From positions 14,818,001 through 14,882,000 of the forward strand of contig CM068749.1 in the NCBI GenBank assembly GCA_035084275.1: 64,000 nucleotides of DNA. The letters run 5' to 3'. The position numbers and the translations under genes were made by a program. This document shows positions 38,701 to 53,700 of this stretch, one piece after another; position 1 is the stretch's first letter; each line of letters opens with the position of its first letter. The notes beneath the pieces were generated by a model. The model had not been told where the DNA came from and did not search any database. It saw only the letters and a program-made list of their open reading frames with translations. The DNA is from Hydrolagus colliei (lineage: Eukaryota).

Positions 38701-41700
38701 ATACACAATGATTAGAATAATACAGTAAAAAAAAGGCCAAAAAATACAATAGATGAATGGCATACATTATATCCAGAATATAATACAGCTGTGACACCCT
38801 CTATGTTCCTAGAAATGACCTTTGCATCCAATGCAATTTAAAAATAAGAACTCAGAGCACAATTGTTACATTAATGGAAGCTGGATAAGAACTAATGGAA
38901 ACTATCACTTGTATTGTGCCAAGTGCCTGAATTGTACTTTGAATTCTAATGTACAGTTCATTCAGATAATCATTAAGTTGAACATTTGAACAAGAATAAC
39001 GCCGATATTGAATGGCATTACTTGTTATCCAAACATTCAAAAGAGATGTTTGAACAATCTCCGAAGTCAGATTATTTAACACAATGTCCCATATTCTCAT
39101 TTAGATTTAAACCAGGTTTCTACTGCGATCAATTAATTCTCTAACAAATCTGATTTCTGCATTCTCAACTGTCATTCGTCAAATGCAAGGATTATTATAA
39201 TCTTCAATAAGATGATTTCCACTGTAATGCTTTCTGTTAGTTCCTACTCTGTAAGACTGTTGCTTAAAATGTACTTTTGATGAGGTCACACTTTGTTTTA
39301 ATACACAATAGTTAGAATTAAAAGTATTTCTTCTTGGGATTTGTATTAAGGTCAGATTTAGGCATGAACTTCAATTTAAAATCCAAATTTCATATCTGCA
39401 CCACTAATACATACTTTGTAAGATTTACCACATGTAACATTTAAAAGTTAGGCAAAACAATTCAATGCGATCAACTCATTCTTGGCAAACACAATTGATC
39501 AGTTTCTTTGTCATTTGTACACACACAGAAGATGAAACATGCCATGCAGGCATTGCTGGAATTGGCACATTGCAACAATTGCATTTGATCATGTAAGTAG
39601 GAAATGCAGTTGTATTCAATCCTGCAGCAAGCAGGGAACTGAAAGCTGAAGTCACATGCAGGAGGCAAAGCATGGCTTTGGAAACCTATTGTACTCACCA
39701 CCACTGAAGTGTCCAGATTCAGATTGTTCATCACAGACACTCTTCTCTTTATTTATACATTCTTCAGATTCAGATTCAGATTGAGTACCCGTCATTTCAG
39801 CTAATTCTTCTTTAACTTGAATTTCTTCGTTATGAGCATCATCCTTAAAGCTGTCAGTTTTCTCTGTAGAATCAACTTCTTTAGGCTTCTCCGATTTTTC
39901 TTCAGTGCCCTCAATACTTACCAAGGCAAACATATCCTTTCCTACTAACTCTTCAGTGATGGGTTCAGTGCCATCTATTTCTTCTGCAATGCCATTTTCT
40001 CCCTTTAGTTTTTCTTCTACTTGTTTTTCATCATTTGATTCTTTGAGGGCATGACTGTCTCTCTCAATATTTGCCTGTTCCTCTATCTCTACGCAATCAT
40101 TTACAGACTCTGTTTGCTCCCCACCACTAGACACACTCTGTTCCTCTTCCTTGATCTTTTCCTCCTCTCTTTCACTGTCAGACTCACTGCTGCTTAAGGA
40201 GTAAGTTGGACTTTGTGATGAAGTGCATGACTTCCTGCCCTCTGTTGAAGTAAATGCAAAACAAATTTCTTAGAAACATCATAAAGCGCTTGTGCAGTAT
40301 TCCATAGTACAATGATACGAATGAATCATTTATCTCACAAAGAGAATAATAATCCTTGCATTTGATGTAGCACATTATCATGTCTTTGAGACATCTCAAA
40401 CTGCTTCACAGAAAATACTGTAAAGAGTACTGACGATATGAGGTGGGCAAAATTAGCTGCCAGATTTGCCTACAAATACAGTTACTACAGCTCACAGTAG
40501 AACCTGTGAAGCGCTTTGCGATGTCTTGACAACATGACAAGGTGCTGTACCAAACACAATGATATCATTATTATGATAGTAAAGTTCAGCTTTATTGTCG
40601 GTTACTATCTGGGTCATCTATGCGGTACTTCGGTTCAAACAAATTGCACTCTGGAGAGTGTTAGCCTGGATGGGTGAGTGTACACAGGTTTGTTCTGCAT
40701 ATTCTGACAAAGAGTAACAGAAATGGTAAGAGAACACTCTCCAAGGTGAACTATCAATTAGAACATCAACTAAAAGTGGCAGCTGACAGATCTGTTGATC
40801 AAAAGAGAGATGCATTGGTTGCATTTCTAGTATTTAAGATTGATGCAGAACATGTACAACCGATTCTAATTATTTGCTCCATATAAATTCAAAGCAAATT
40901 AGCATGATCTCTTTGATCCAATGTACAGGGTGTTGCTTAGTAACTGATGTTGCTAAACTACCTTCTAAATAATTAGCTATTCTAAAATGTAGTAACGGCA
41001 AATCGGATTTGTTTATCGGGAGGGGACATCAATGCCATTATTACTTCAATGCTTTATTTTGAATTCTGGTCAAAATCTGAAAAGTGAGAATTTGCAATTA
41101 ATTCTAATAACTTTTGGATAGAACATTTATTTGAATTTGTAGAAACATAATCTGCCTCAGCAGATTTTCATTTCTGATCACATACTACAACAACAACAAT
41201 AAAATTACATTTATAGAGCGGGTTTTACGTTGGGAGGATATACACCTAACCTACGAGAAAGAAGATTTTAAAGATCAGGAATTTCAACTCCGAAGACTGC
41301 AGTGGTTTCACTAAATGATACATATGAGAAAAGGAAGGTGGATCGATTATCTGGCAAATAATTTATAAAAGATGCAAATATGATAGATGAGTATTGATAG
41401 ACACACAAAAACAGTCACTATATTTGTTAGTAACTATTTACAGTGTAGTTTGAGAGATTTCAATTTGATAAGACCCCTACAAAATACAATTTCTAAATCT
41501 AACTTAAAAGTCTAGTATTAAAAATCATTGACAATTTTCTTTTGGCATGAAGCTATAAAGTCTTAGTACTTCAAGAAACATGTGATATTATCTATTTGTA
41601 ATTATCCTTTTGCTTAATTAGCTTTGTGCTTTGTCTATTTGACATATTCACTGTTCTTTAATTGAATCTTAAGTCTTGTTGGAGGGTTGTTGATTTGACA

Positions 41701-44700
41701 CCTTTGTCTGCTAGTTGAATAGGCTCCTTATATTTATATGTTCCATTTCACCCAAAAATAGTCGAGTTCCAAGATCATGTTTCCTCTCTTTTGCTTTTGG
41801 AAATGTAGTCAAATGTTATGTACACGTAAAAGAGGCTAAGCAACTTTATTATTTAAATAGTCAGAGAAATGTGAGTGCAATATTTTAACAGCAAAAGAAA
41901 AAAAAGGTTATCTTCACCTTCAAGTTCACTATCAGTGTAACTTGATCTGGCATCCTCCTCACCATCTGTTTTCTCTTTATCTTTGTCAATCAGCTTGGCA
42001 CTCTTTACTCCATCATCAGCATCAATTCTGTCATCACCTAGAGATGCTATTGAGTTTTCTTGATTGTGTTCACTGATTTCTGACCCCTCTTCCTTTTGTC
42101 CACCAGTCTCCTTTAACTTTTCTTCATCTTCTTCAAAGTCATCATCATATTCTGTGAGCAATTCATATCGATGTGTTTTTTTTTCATATTTATATAGGTT
42201 TTCAAGTAATGTTTAATAGCAAATGCTCTAATCAATTATGTAGACTAATTAGCTTAATAGAAAATACCCAGGTAGAATTTTGCTTTCATTGTACAGTTGA
42301 TGACGTTGATATTGGAAATTCATCACACAGACAGCCAAATGTATTCGTTAATTCCAAATTATTTATTTAAAGCCAATTATATTTTGGCAACTTTCTGTGC
42401 TCATCAAGATTAAGCATTACAGTGTTGTAATGAAACAAACGGGATACCAATAGGATCTCTTGTTTCCTCAACAGTACGTATTCGCCCCAGCAACAGAAAA
42501 GCAGGCCTCATGCTAACTTTTCCATTTCCAAATTATAAACAATTTTGTGTTGTACAATGGGTCGCAATGAAATGCAGTGACTCATTTCACATAGGGCTCT
42601 TATTGCAGCAGAGAAAGGAAACATTTATCTCATCAATCAGCCAGATTCAGACTCGGATGCAAAAACACAGCGTGGTAACCCATGACAACCGTGCAATATA
42701 AAACACAATCATATTTACTGGCAATGGCATTACCATAAATAACTCCAAATTATGTCTTGCTCCTACTCATTTTCTTTTGATTCAGCCAGGTGACAAACAC
42801 ATGCAGAAACGCATGAGTCTATGACTGTACTGAAGAGGATCCAAACTAGAGAGAGTTCCACATGTGCAAGAAGCCTACATAAGGAAAGTTCCCTGTGTTT
42901 GGAATATAATGTGCAATATCTCCCTGGAGGAATCCTCTCTGCTTATCTAATTCATGAATTATTTAATTCATAATCATGAATGAGAGTGAGTAAGATGGGA
43001 GTTCTCTGCCCATCCTGCTAGCCACCACCAGTGCAAAAACACCTGAGAAAATTAAATCAAATAACAACAGCACTGGGAGGGATTTCAAGGCAATAACATA
43101 ATTAATATGAGGCTCAGCAGTTTGTTACACTTGAGATTTCTGTCCTCATTTGCAATAAATCCCATAAGATAACTTCATATCACTCTAAGAATTTAGTATG
43201 AAATGCATAGAGCAGATAATTGGCCCGCAATTCAAAGCCGTAATTTAAACTGTTCTAATTTTATCCTGATGTACAATGCAATTCTTCAGTCATGGTTGCA
43301 AAGCATTTAAGTGTTATGAATTCGGGAGGCCAAAGTGAGGGCCATTTGCTAGCATAAGTGAGTTTGAGAATCTTTTCCATTTGTGAAAATATGAAGCAAT
43401 GTCGTGTTTTAAAAATGTGACTATCAATTGTCCGCATATTACCGACCTTGCTTGGACCTTTCATCACGGGCATCAGCTGTAGGTTCATCTTCCATTTTCA
43501 CATCTCCACTCACTTTATCCCCAGCACCTGAAGAATCATCGGACATTGCTTCTTTTTCAGCTCCATCTGGCACTTTCTCTTCAACTCGTTCTTCTTCATT
43601 GTTTGATGATTCTACCACTTCTTTTTCTGGCTCCTTTTCCCCCTGCTTCATTCTCTTAGGTGGTGGTGCAGGTTTCTTATCCAAACCCATAGCAATAATA
43701 CACCTAGTTACAGAGATCATAAATGAATGAAGATGTAGTGTAAAATTGCAACAAAAAATGTAGAAGTATAATGTTAAATGCATTGACACTTCCACTGGTA
43801 CATGTTTTTATGGCTCACTTAGCAACTAATAAACTATGTAAACATAGTGTAAGATGCCCTTCACGATGATAGGCTTCACTATGGGTGGCTCCCAGTTGGA
43901 TAAACTTCAATCAACCCAGAATAATGAATACCTGCAATTAATTTAAAGGAAGGAAACTAATCAAAGCACGATATCATAAATCTCTTATGATTCACACCCA
44001 TCATTTGAACATCAAAGTTAGATTATAATGTTGAAGTCACCAACTGGAGCTGGTAAATTATACTACATGGGGCCTTTGAGTTGCACGTGAGGCTTTTTTA
44101 CTTGCAATTTTAAACCAACAGCAGCTGTCAATACTTACACCAGCTGTCCTTCAATCTGTGCCTTTGATGCATGGAAATACTTACGCAAGGTCAATGATAA
44201 TTTGCGGCCCCATTATTTTAGGTTGATGAAGACACAATGTGCAATTGGGAGCCAATGAATGCCACAGTATATTTGCTGTTCTGACATCTGGCCACATTTC
44301 TGTGACAGAGTGCCAAGAAGAGATCAGACACTTTCCCAGGTAAAGGATGATCTTATGCTGTCCCCATACTCCTCTTAGTGGCTGGATTAGAAGAGCATTG
44401 AGCATAGGCCAACTGCCTCCACTCAGCCTCCACTTTATATGTGGCTCAAAAAGATTCAGGGAAAGATGGAGAACAAGATAAGAAAAAAAATCTGCAATTG
44501 ATTTGGGTGAAACTCTATATTTTAAACACAAAACAAATCAGGAGAAGCAATGCAAAAACAAGAGGAAATTTTGAAATAAACTGAGGTGTTAAATGGATAT
44601 AATTCTCATACTTGTAACATGGAGATGCCCCATCCACATTGACAAATCCAAAGTGTCCATGCTTGCCTCCAAGTCTGGAGCCTCTACGGTATTTATGTTC

Positions 44701-47700
44701 ACAGCAGGAACTCAGTCTATCTACCTGCATACCGTTCATGAAGAACGTGAGGCTGAAGGGGAAACCACGGTGTCGCCTTGAGATGAATTGAAATTTTTCT
44801 GAAATCATTAAACATCGATCAATACTAGTTGTTCAGATGCATATCAATAGCATATCAATAAAATCTGGCTTACACATACGATCATCATGTCTTGGAAATT
44901 GACCATTTACCAGCAGCTCTGAGGCATTTCATGAGAAAGGAACTGAAAAAATGATTCATGGTAAAGAGAAAGGTCAACATACAGTAAAAACAATGCAGAC
45001 ATTTGAAAAACTGTACAGAATTCAAGAGAAGTAACTTATACATTGATGCATCAGCATGGAGAAGATACCTTTTCCTTTAAGCGAACAACATTTGAACAGT
45101 TCTTCTTGTTCATATTCATGTGCAACAAATTACTAAGCCCCCCCACCCCCACCATCACCCCACCCCCCATAAAAAATCTATTATCCTGCTGAAATGCATA
45201 AGCCAAGCCACGACAAACTCCTATTTAAGGCAGCATACCTGTCGAGTTCCTTTGGCATTTTGCCAAGGTGGGATGGGGGGTATGACAATGTTCAGCAAAC
45301 AAATAAAACCATACAAAAAAAGTACAGAAGAAGTCATTTATTCAGGCCATTGAGCATAGATACTCAACTAATAAGACAAGAAGCATTGTGCACCACTGAA
45401 TGGTCAAACAGAATGGATTATTAGTTTGCCACACAGGTTCTGAATTTTAGCCATTTTGTCCCAAGCAGCAAAGATCAGAAAGCCAGTCAGTCCACATCGC
45501 TCCCATTATCTTACCAGGTGAAAAAAATTGTAAGGTTGCCTTTCAGCCAGACGTTCCATGGAATGGAAAGATAAAGAAATTATGATACCGAAAATTAAAT
45601 CCACAATTAAGTCTAGGCAAATGTTTGAACATTTCTGATCTGACATTTCTGTCCTACGAATGAAAATATGTGCAACGTGATGCTTTTTTGACACCAACCT
45701 CCTTCCAGTAACCTTCCTTTGTACGCACAAAGGTTTTCTCCACCACAGTGCTGCTGGTAGACCTTCACTTCCTCTCTTAAGTCATCACGGTCGTACGAAA
45801 GGTGCAAGCTCCTCCCAAAGTATATCATAGTGATGAGTACATTGCTGTGTATTGCAGTTCGCTGGAATCTAGGGGCCTCCTGGAAAAGAACAATGTAATA
45901 ATATAGAATAGATTTGAACAGCCATAGCTACATAGGGTTAACCTAACTATTCCTACCTTTGGTTCAACATCAGCAAAACCATTGGGAGCAGTCGTGGGAC
46001 GTAATCTTCTGGTTCTTGCACCTGCATTTGTTGTTCCCTTAAAATTCTTTTGACGTTTTCTTGGTGGAGGGGGGACTGGAGTCACATAGTTATTGATCAC
46101 TGGTATCACTGGTAGGCGATATGGAGATATTCCAGTGGCATAATTAGCTCTGGTCCAATTTTTAATTGCTTCCCTGTCCAGCTGAAAGAGAATGCCACAT
46201 CATTCATCAAGAGCAAGCATTGTTAAAAGGAAGTGAATCGCAAGCAAGATTCACAAACATGTGGAAATAGACCCATATTTGAATCAAGTGTACTCAAATT
46301 CAATCTGGATTCTCGAGTCATATCACATCATATGAGGCTGTGTCTGGCATAAAGAACTAATATTCCAATTACAGGAAAGTTCATCTAGAAAAATAACTTT
46401 TGCAGGTGATTTCTTTGCATTCGTATCAATCGTGACACAAATCCAGACATGTCAAAGAATGAAATTATAAGAAAGCATAGATTTCATGTTTCGTTATTGT
46501 ATTTTTTCTATGATACAGTCTTCTCATTCTTGGTGAGAACAGCATCACAGCATCCTGGCATTATTATTATTTATCATCACTATTTTCTATCTACATAATT
46601 TATAGATTTCCATATAGATGTCAAAGTGAAAACTGGTAATTGAACTCCACAAATTGCTTTATGGAAAGAGAGGTCAAAGTTTAATAATCATCATTGCAAC
46701 TAATGTTACTTGTTCTATCTACACAACAGTAATTTGTTTTCTTTATTTCATCATTGTTAACCAGACCAAGTAAGATTCACTTTTTTGTTATGTTTACAAA
46801 CTTAAGTTTTGAGGTATATTTAACAAGTGAAGTAATTATATATATATATCTATATATATATATATATAAATGTTACTTAGTCAGTGATAAATATAGTACA
46901 GTACTTATATATTAGTGAATTAAAGATTTTTATATCTATCTTAAAGTAGAAAATAATCATAACTGTATGATCAGGTAATACAGGTATTATTATATTGTTA
47001 CTAAAAGTGGCTGTTACTGTTATGTAAAATAAATTATTTATTTGTTAGAATGGATAGTAATCTTTATGGAAAGTTACGATATCCTGTAGAATATAGTACT
47101 TTCAATCCATAAGAACAATATTAAATAATAGCTGACCGCATAACAATAATGAGGATCTATTTCATCAACTATTTCCAAGTGTTGTTCCTTTTGCCGCAAC
47201 CCTGATGGTGATCTTGCCATTGTTCCATTGCTCTGAAGAGGGTGCAATCGGATGGGACGCTGCATTGTTCCTGGTGCTGTGTTTGGTCTTGGGGAAGTTG
47301 GCTGAAATTAGAAAGAGGCATTTAATCATGAGTGAGATGTGACTAATTTTAATGAACCCCCCTCCCAACCTGTCCGCTCCCTCCACTCAGCGGGCTTCCG
47401 TCTGCTCCATGGCTCCTGACCCACCCACCCCACCATTGGCGGGTGAGCCTTCAGCCGCCACTCTGCCCCCAACCTTTGGAACTCCATCCCGCGATCCCTC
47501 CACCTTGCCCCCTCCCTACCCTCCTTCAAATCCCACCTCAAGATACTCCTCTTTGACCGTGCCATATGGTCACCGGCCTTCCCCTCCTTCCCTCCACTCT
47601 CCCCGATCCTGACCCTAGCATGGGTCCCTAACTCTTACTGTCCAGTGCCTTGGGACATCTTGTTGATGTGAAAGGCCCTATACAAATGTAATTTTATTGT

Positions 47701-50700
47701 TATTGTTAATCATCATGCTGCCAATGGCTCATTACTAAGCTCCTACCTGGACATCTCTCAGAATTCAAATAGCCAACGTCTTACATGAACAATAAACTTC
47801 AGAACCACTGAAACCAACTTTGATTATGAATGAATGTAGAATGAGAAACTTTGTAACATTTACATTTGGTGCTTTGAATCATATACAATGCTTCTTTAAA
47901 AAGGTATGCACAAAAAGAACTACTGCATGGTTTAAGACTGATTAGTGTAATAGCTAGTTATGAATCAATTTCAGCTTTGGAAAAAGAAGATTTATTTCTA
48001 AGAAAGGTTTGAATGTTTCACTGAATGTAACCAGCAAACAAAGTAACCACGGTGACCCTTTTTTGTGCTTATCCCCGACAAGTATTGAAAAGGTCAGAGA
48101 GACTTGTTGGAACATGCCTTTATTCAGGCTGCACATAAGTGAATGCACGTGTATTTTTCCTTTTTAAACTGTAGAATAAAGATTTCCTGTGTACCAGAGA
48201 AAATAGACACACAAATATATCAATATTTTTCTACAATGCAAATATCAATAGCAAAATATTAAAAGTAAACCCAAACTGGACTCCTGTAGCTCAATGGTTG
48301 GAGCACTCACCTCGCAAGCGAGAGACCTGGTTTGATTCCCGGCAGGGCAAAGCTAAGGCACATTTCCTTACTCCATACCCTTGATAATAATCCCTCAAGA
48401 AAATAAATTAATAAATTGGTCCCTTCAATCCACAACTGTTTGTGGGACACTGCACAATTGGCTGCCGCGTTTCACTAAAAAAAAGTCAATTCACTTTACA
48501 GTATATTCTGTAAAGTGCTTTCAGACATCTAGAAGACACGAAAAGCACAGTATCAAATACATATTATTATATTATGAAATACGAATCCATGATAATTCAT
48601 TTTTCTAACATATCTAGATCTTTAACCAAAAATATTTAAAAAAGCAGTATTATGCAAGTATTATGAATAAGAGCAAGCACAAATTAAAAGTATAGAACCG
48701 TGTTATCAGCTACAAAGATGTGCACAATGGCAGCAATTTTTCTATAATTAATAATTTAAATCAAACAAAACAAAGTGTTTTTGTTATATGTGAAGGCAGA
48801 TTCTCATGCTAGGGATGAGATTTTAAGGTGCTGTATTTAATTTTTATTGTAAACAAAAATAAATACAAATAAAAAGAGGTCTCATAAGGGATCAAACCCA
48901 AAATACTATACAGTACTAATTGTCTTTCTCTGTCAGACATTGATTCATTTCCAGCATTCATTTAAATTTTTTATTGCAACCTTTTATCAGATTGAAATGA
49001 AATTGTTGCTGAATTCATTAAAGCTCGGAGCCTATTGAAGTCCACTTGCGACCTCTAACTGCTCTCATTGTTTCAAAGATTAAAATTAAATATAGTTTAC
49101 TATACCAAACTGAGTGACTTTCAGCTTTCAGGCACCATTGAACAAGTGTACCATTGAACACACTTACAGATGTTGAGGAATCAGACTGTTCCACATCTGG
49201 GCGAATCCTGTGGCCAATCCGGGGAGTAGTTGGAGGATGTGGCGAGAGATAAGGAACAAAATCTTCATCAGATCTTCGTGCACGTTCCACCTTTTTCAGG
49301 AAGACAACAATTCATGTTGAGGTTAAAGGCTTCAATTCTAAAATACTTTGTGTCTAGTAATTAAGCCTGTGTTTAAAAGAAACAAACAAACAAACAACTG
49401 GGACAGAAAACCTTGATCCTTTGGACACGCTCTCTTCTGGCAAAATCTTCCAGTTGTTTTTTGATTTCTATCTGATGATGACGCTAGGATATAATAGAAA
49501 ACATACGTCATTATAATTGTAGAAGGATTCAGTCCAGTCACACATCAGTATAAATTATCATTCCATATCAGATAGGCCTTATGTTGTTGAATTTTTTTTA
49601 ATATTTTTTTCAAAAAACTTAAATATAAGCAATTTCTAGAAGTACAAGCAAAACAAATAACACGTTAATCATATATTTGAAACTTGAAATCAATCTGATT
49701 GTCAACATCGCTAAAGCAACAGACATTAGGAAAAATAAGTTTATCATACCTCCATGTCAAGCACTTTATGAAATATTGCTTGTGCCAGGCATTCCCGGAC
49801 ATATTTATGGTGATCCTTTCTAACTATATTCAGACGGTATTCCTTTTCTGAGACAATTCTTCCACTTCTTGTAATCTGGGTTCAACAGCAAAATCACACA
49901 CACTATATTAGTTTTGGACATCATGCCATAGACAGTGCACTTGGAAAGGTGCAAAGAAAGCAAGAAAACCAAGAAAGTAGGACAAAAGGATATAAAACAA
50001 ACAGTACATACACGAAAGAAGAACAACAACTTGCATTTATAATCATTGAATCATAGAATTTTGCAGCATAGGAGGCCATCTGGTCCATTTTGCTTGTGCC
50101 GGCACTTCGAAAAGAACTACACAAATTAATCCCACTCTCTCACCATAGCCCTGTAAACTTGTCCTCCCCAAATAATTACCTATATTATGTAGAATGCCCT
50201 TTATGTGGAATGAAGTATTGGAGTGCTGTCACTCCAAAAAATCATGAAAACAAAATCAAAAGATCATAACAAAATTCAAAGAATGTAACAAACAACCAAG
50301 TAATTTAATAGAGTCAAAATAGAGGGTTACTCAAAATGCCTGATTGGAGAATTATTATATAGGAGGGATGAGCTTCTGTAACACTCGTGTTTTGTTTTTC
50401 TCATTCTCATTTCTCATTCCTAACTATTTAAAAATGTTGAAGAAGTAAAATGACTCAATAACAATATAAACAGGTTTTTTTCTCTGTGTTGGTCAATATG
50501 ATGATGCATTATCGAAGCAGACAGAAAAGGATCTGGCACACACACACACACACAGATATATACAGTATATGGATATTATATATACAGTATATATAAACAC
50601 ACACTCAAATTAATATAATAAACAATGATGACAATTTTGTACATACAAGTCCTGCTTTCTGAAGGTGCCTCCGTATTCGAGTATTGTTGAAGTATCCTGC

Positions 50701-53700
50701 CAAGTGTTTGTCTGTAAGGCTATTATAGGCAAATTGTCTGAAAGATGGAAAGTATAACATACATATTTACACATGTTATGCTGACTAATATGCTCTATTA
50801 GAATATTGGCATATGTTTAAGCATTCATTTCCATGTCACATTAAACATTAATGTTTGCAGGACCAGATGTAAGAAACAGCTTTGAAACTATGACAATTAG
50901 TGGCAAAAGTCTTTGCGGAGATACATTAGCAGGTGAAAAAGCATTCACTAACGTTTTTGCACAAAGGATGAACATTCTGCTGTTCAAATGTTAGTCCATA
51001 AGTGAAATGAACTGTAACTTAAACCCCAAAAAATCAGCCAAGCCACACTTCAGTACCTTGACATTTGGTGATATTGTTGTGAAAATAACTATAATAATTT
51101 ACAAAATAATTTACTTGCAAATAAGATCAGTCAGATGTTCAATTGCCTGCCAATCGCCACTCTGCGCACCCTATTGCATGCTTAGTTTGTAATTCATTGC
51201 TTCGGGACAAGGTACCAGTTAACCTGTCCAATTTCATGGTAGTGGAAACAATGCCAAATAAAAGGTCACCAAGAGTCCAAGAGTAAAGTCCTTTTTCAGA
51301 GCTTTACTTCCTGTATGGCCGGCCAGATTTAATTCTTAGATAGTAAAGAGAATAATAATTTGATCCATAACTAGTTAATGTATTACCTGATCAGCTGGTG
51401 ACTGAGCAACAGTCCCATTGAACCTCACACTCTTAAGAACTTAATTTAATTTTGAAATAAATTACCTGACGTTTTAATTAGGAATCTGACCCTCTTCCAA
51501 TATACGAGCCTTGTATTTATATTTCACAGCCAGTACTGAGCAATATAGGGCCCACTGCACCTGAATCAGGAGAGGTAGTCCATGGCTTATACTGTACTGA
51601 TACCATACTCATTCAGGAAATGCATGTCTCGCAAGAACATATACTGTCTTGAAATAAAATAGTGCCAATTTTGCACACTAAATCTGTCACACTTGGGCAA
51701 TGAGGGCATATACTATATATAGCCATGATATCTGTACTCAATATTTCTCAGCATGCCTTACTGACTTAGGTTATTGTTTAATAAATGTCCATGTGGACTA
51801 ACAATTCAAGCAAATAATAGTAAAATATTTAGAGGTAAAAATGAAAATAATTGTGTTTTATGCATTGTTCAAGAAACTATCCAAGGGAACTTGCACAGAA
51901 AAATATTGGGAAGTTCTACTCAACTACAAGTATTTTCTTTTTCTCCACTTTTCTTCTTGATTATCTGAAAATCTCATAAGGTAGAGATCTAATAATCCTC
52001 AGTTTTGTATCTGAACACTATTCCTCTTGTGAACTTGACAGAAGCTCTTTTACATACAGTATTTGCATTATGTATTCAATATCGGCATGAGCAAAGTTCC
52101 CGAGTTTAACAACAACAACAAAATTGCATTAATAGGGTGCCTTTCACGTCGGGAGGAAGTCCCAAGGTACTGAAGGACAATACATTAACACAATAGAAAT
52201 GTAGAACCTATCATTTGTAATGTGGGTGCTTTCAATAAACCGAAGACACAAGTTTTATAAAGAAGCTTTTGACTTATAACTAAGATTCAGATAAGTACAA
52301 TTAGTCTTGGTTACAATGTTAGCATGGTAAACATTTGTTGTAGTCTTTGATATTTGCTCAACAGTTTCTACCTCCAAACAAGTACATGAACATGCAATGG
52401 AAACAATCTCAAAATGTCCTGAAATTCAATATAATGGAAAGTTTCCTCTGTTACCGTACAATGTGGTCCTATAGTTCTTTTCAAGCTGTTTGTAAGAGTG
52501 TAAAAAGCTATCTTTAACATTTTAATGTCTTCCACAGTAGCTAAGCATTTCCTAAGGTTTGTACATAGCAAGGTACAAACGCAAACACTGAGTTATTTTC
52601 CAGCCAGCTATCATATCCGTCCAAAATAATCCTGTAATCCTTGCATTAGATTTAGCACCTTATCATGTCTTCGAGACATCTCAAAGTGCTTCACAGAATA
52701 TACTTTAAAGTGAATTGACTGTATAGTATGTGGGTAAAACACGGCAGCCAATTGCACACAGCAGTGTCCCACAAACAATTGTGGATTGAATGACCAAATG
52801 ATTTTTTTTGTTGTTGAAGGAATTATTACCCCTGGAAAAGTGATCCTCCAATTGACTAATAACCAGGTTCCTACTTACTGCTAGGTAAACAGAAGTGTGT
52901 AGAGTAAGGAAACTTGCCATTTTGCCCTGTCGGGAATCAAACCAAGGTCTCTCACTTGCAAGGAGTGTGCTCGAACCACTCAGCTACAGGACACCAAAAT
53001 AACCACTCAATAACATCTTAATCACCACCTAATAACAACTCTTGTGAATGAGAAACTAAATAACCCACAAAAGGATAACAGCAAACAGTTTTTTGCCAAA
53101 CTTTTAAAAACTGTAGAAGTCTCTGTCACAGGCAATCATATGACTATGAAGCTGCCGAAAGGTCTAACTGTACTTATTCATTAATAATGCATATTAATTA
53201 ATGGTTCGGGATGAAATATATGCTTCATGCTAGAAATATTTTCAAATGAACACATATTACCGTTTGAAAGCTGAAAACATGGAAAAAAACTGAAACAGAT
53301 GTGTTTTGCAATTGCTAAAATGTATTAGTACAGTTTTTCCTCTTACAATTTTGACAATATCTAATAATATGCAGGGCCGGTCTGAAGGACAGTTACTGAA
53401 AGTGACACATACAGAGTGTTGCGTTATACAGAAAATATATAAAACTGATCAAATTTAATCTGGTTTGGGATTCTTTGCTGCATAATAATAATGATACTGT
53501 AATATGGTTCAAACAGTAGCAAAGTATCATCTGTTGCCATAGATATCTTGAAGGAGATTGCTTAACAATTCATCATATGTTGCAATTTCAGATGTATGTA
53601 TCATATATGATGTTTGACCTAATGATACCGAGTCAGAATATTGACATCAAAACAGCATGATGGAAATATGGACTTGGCATGTACACCCTACACTGATATT

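Noticed and set aside
48278-48350. tRNA gene (also at about 1975, 4500-4570, 37930-38006, 52920-52995, 63670-63731)
   Set aside because: These are tRNA-derived SINE heads continuing into a shared SINE body and tail; no intact cloverleaf or terminator.
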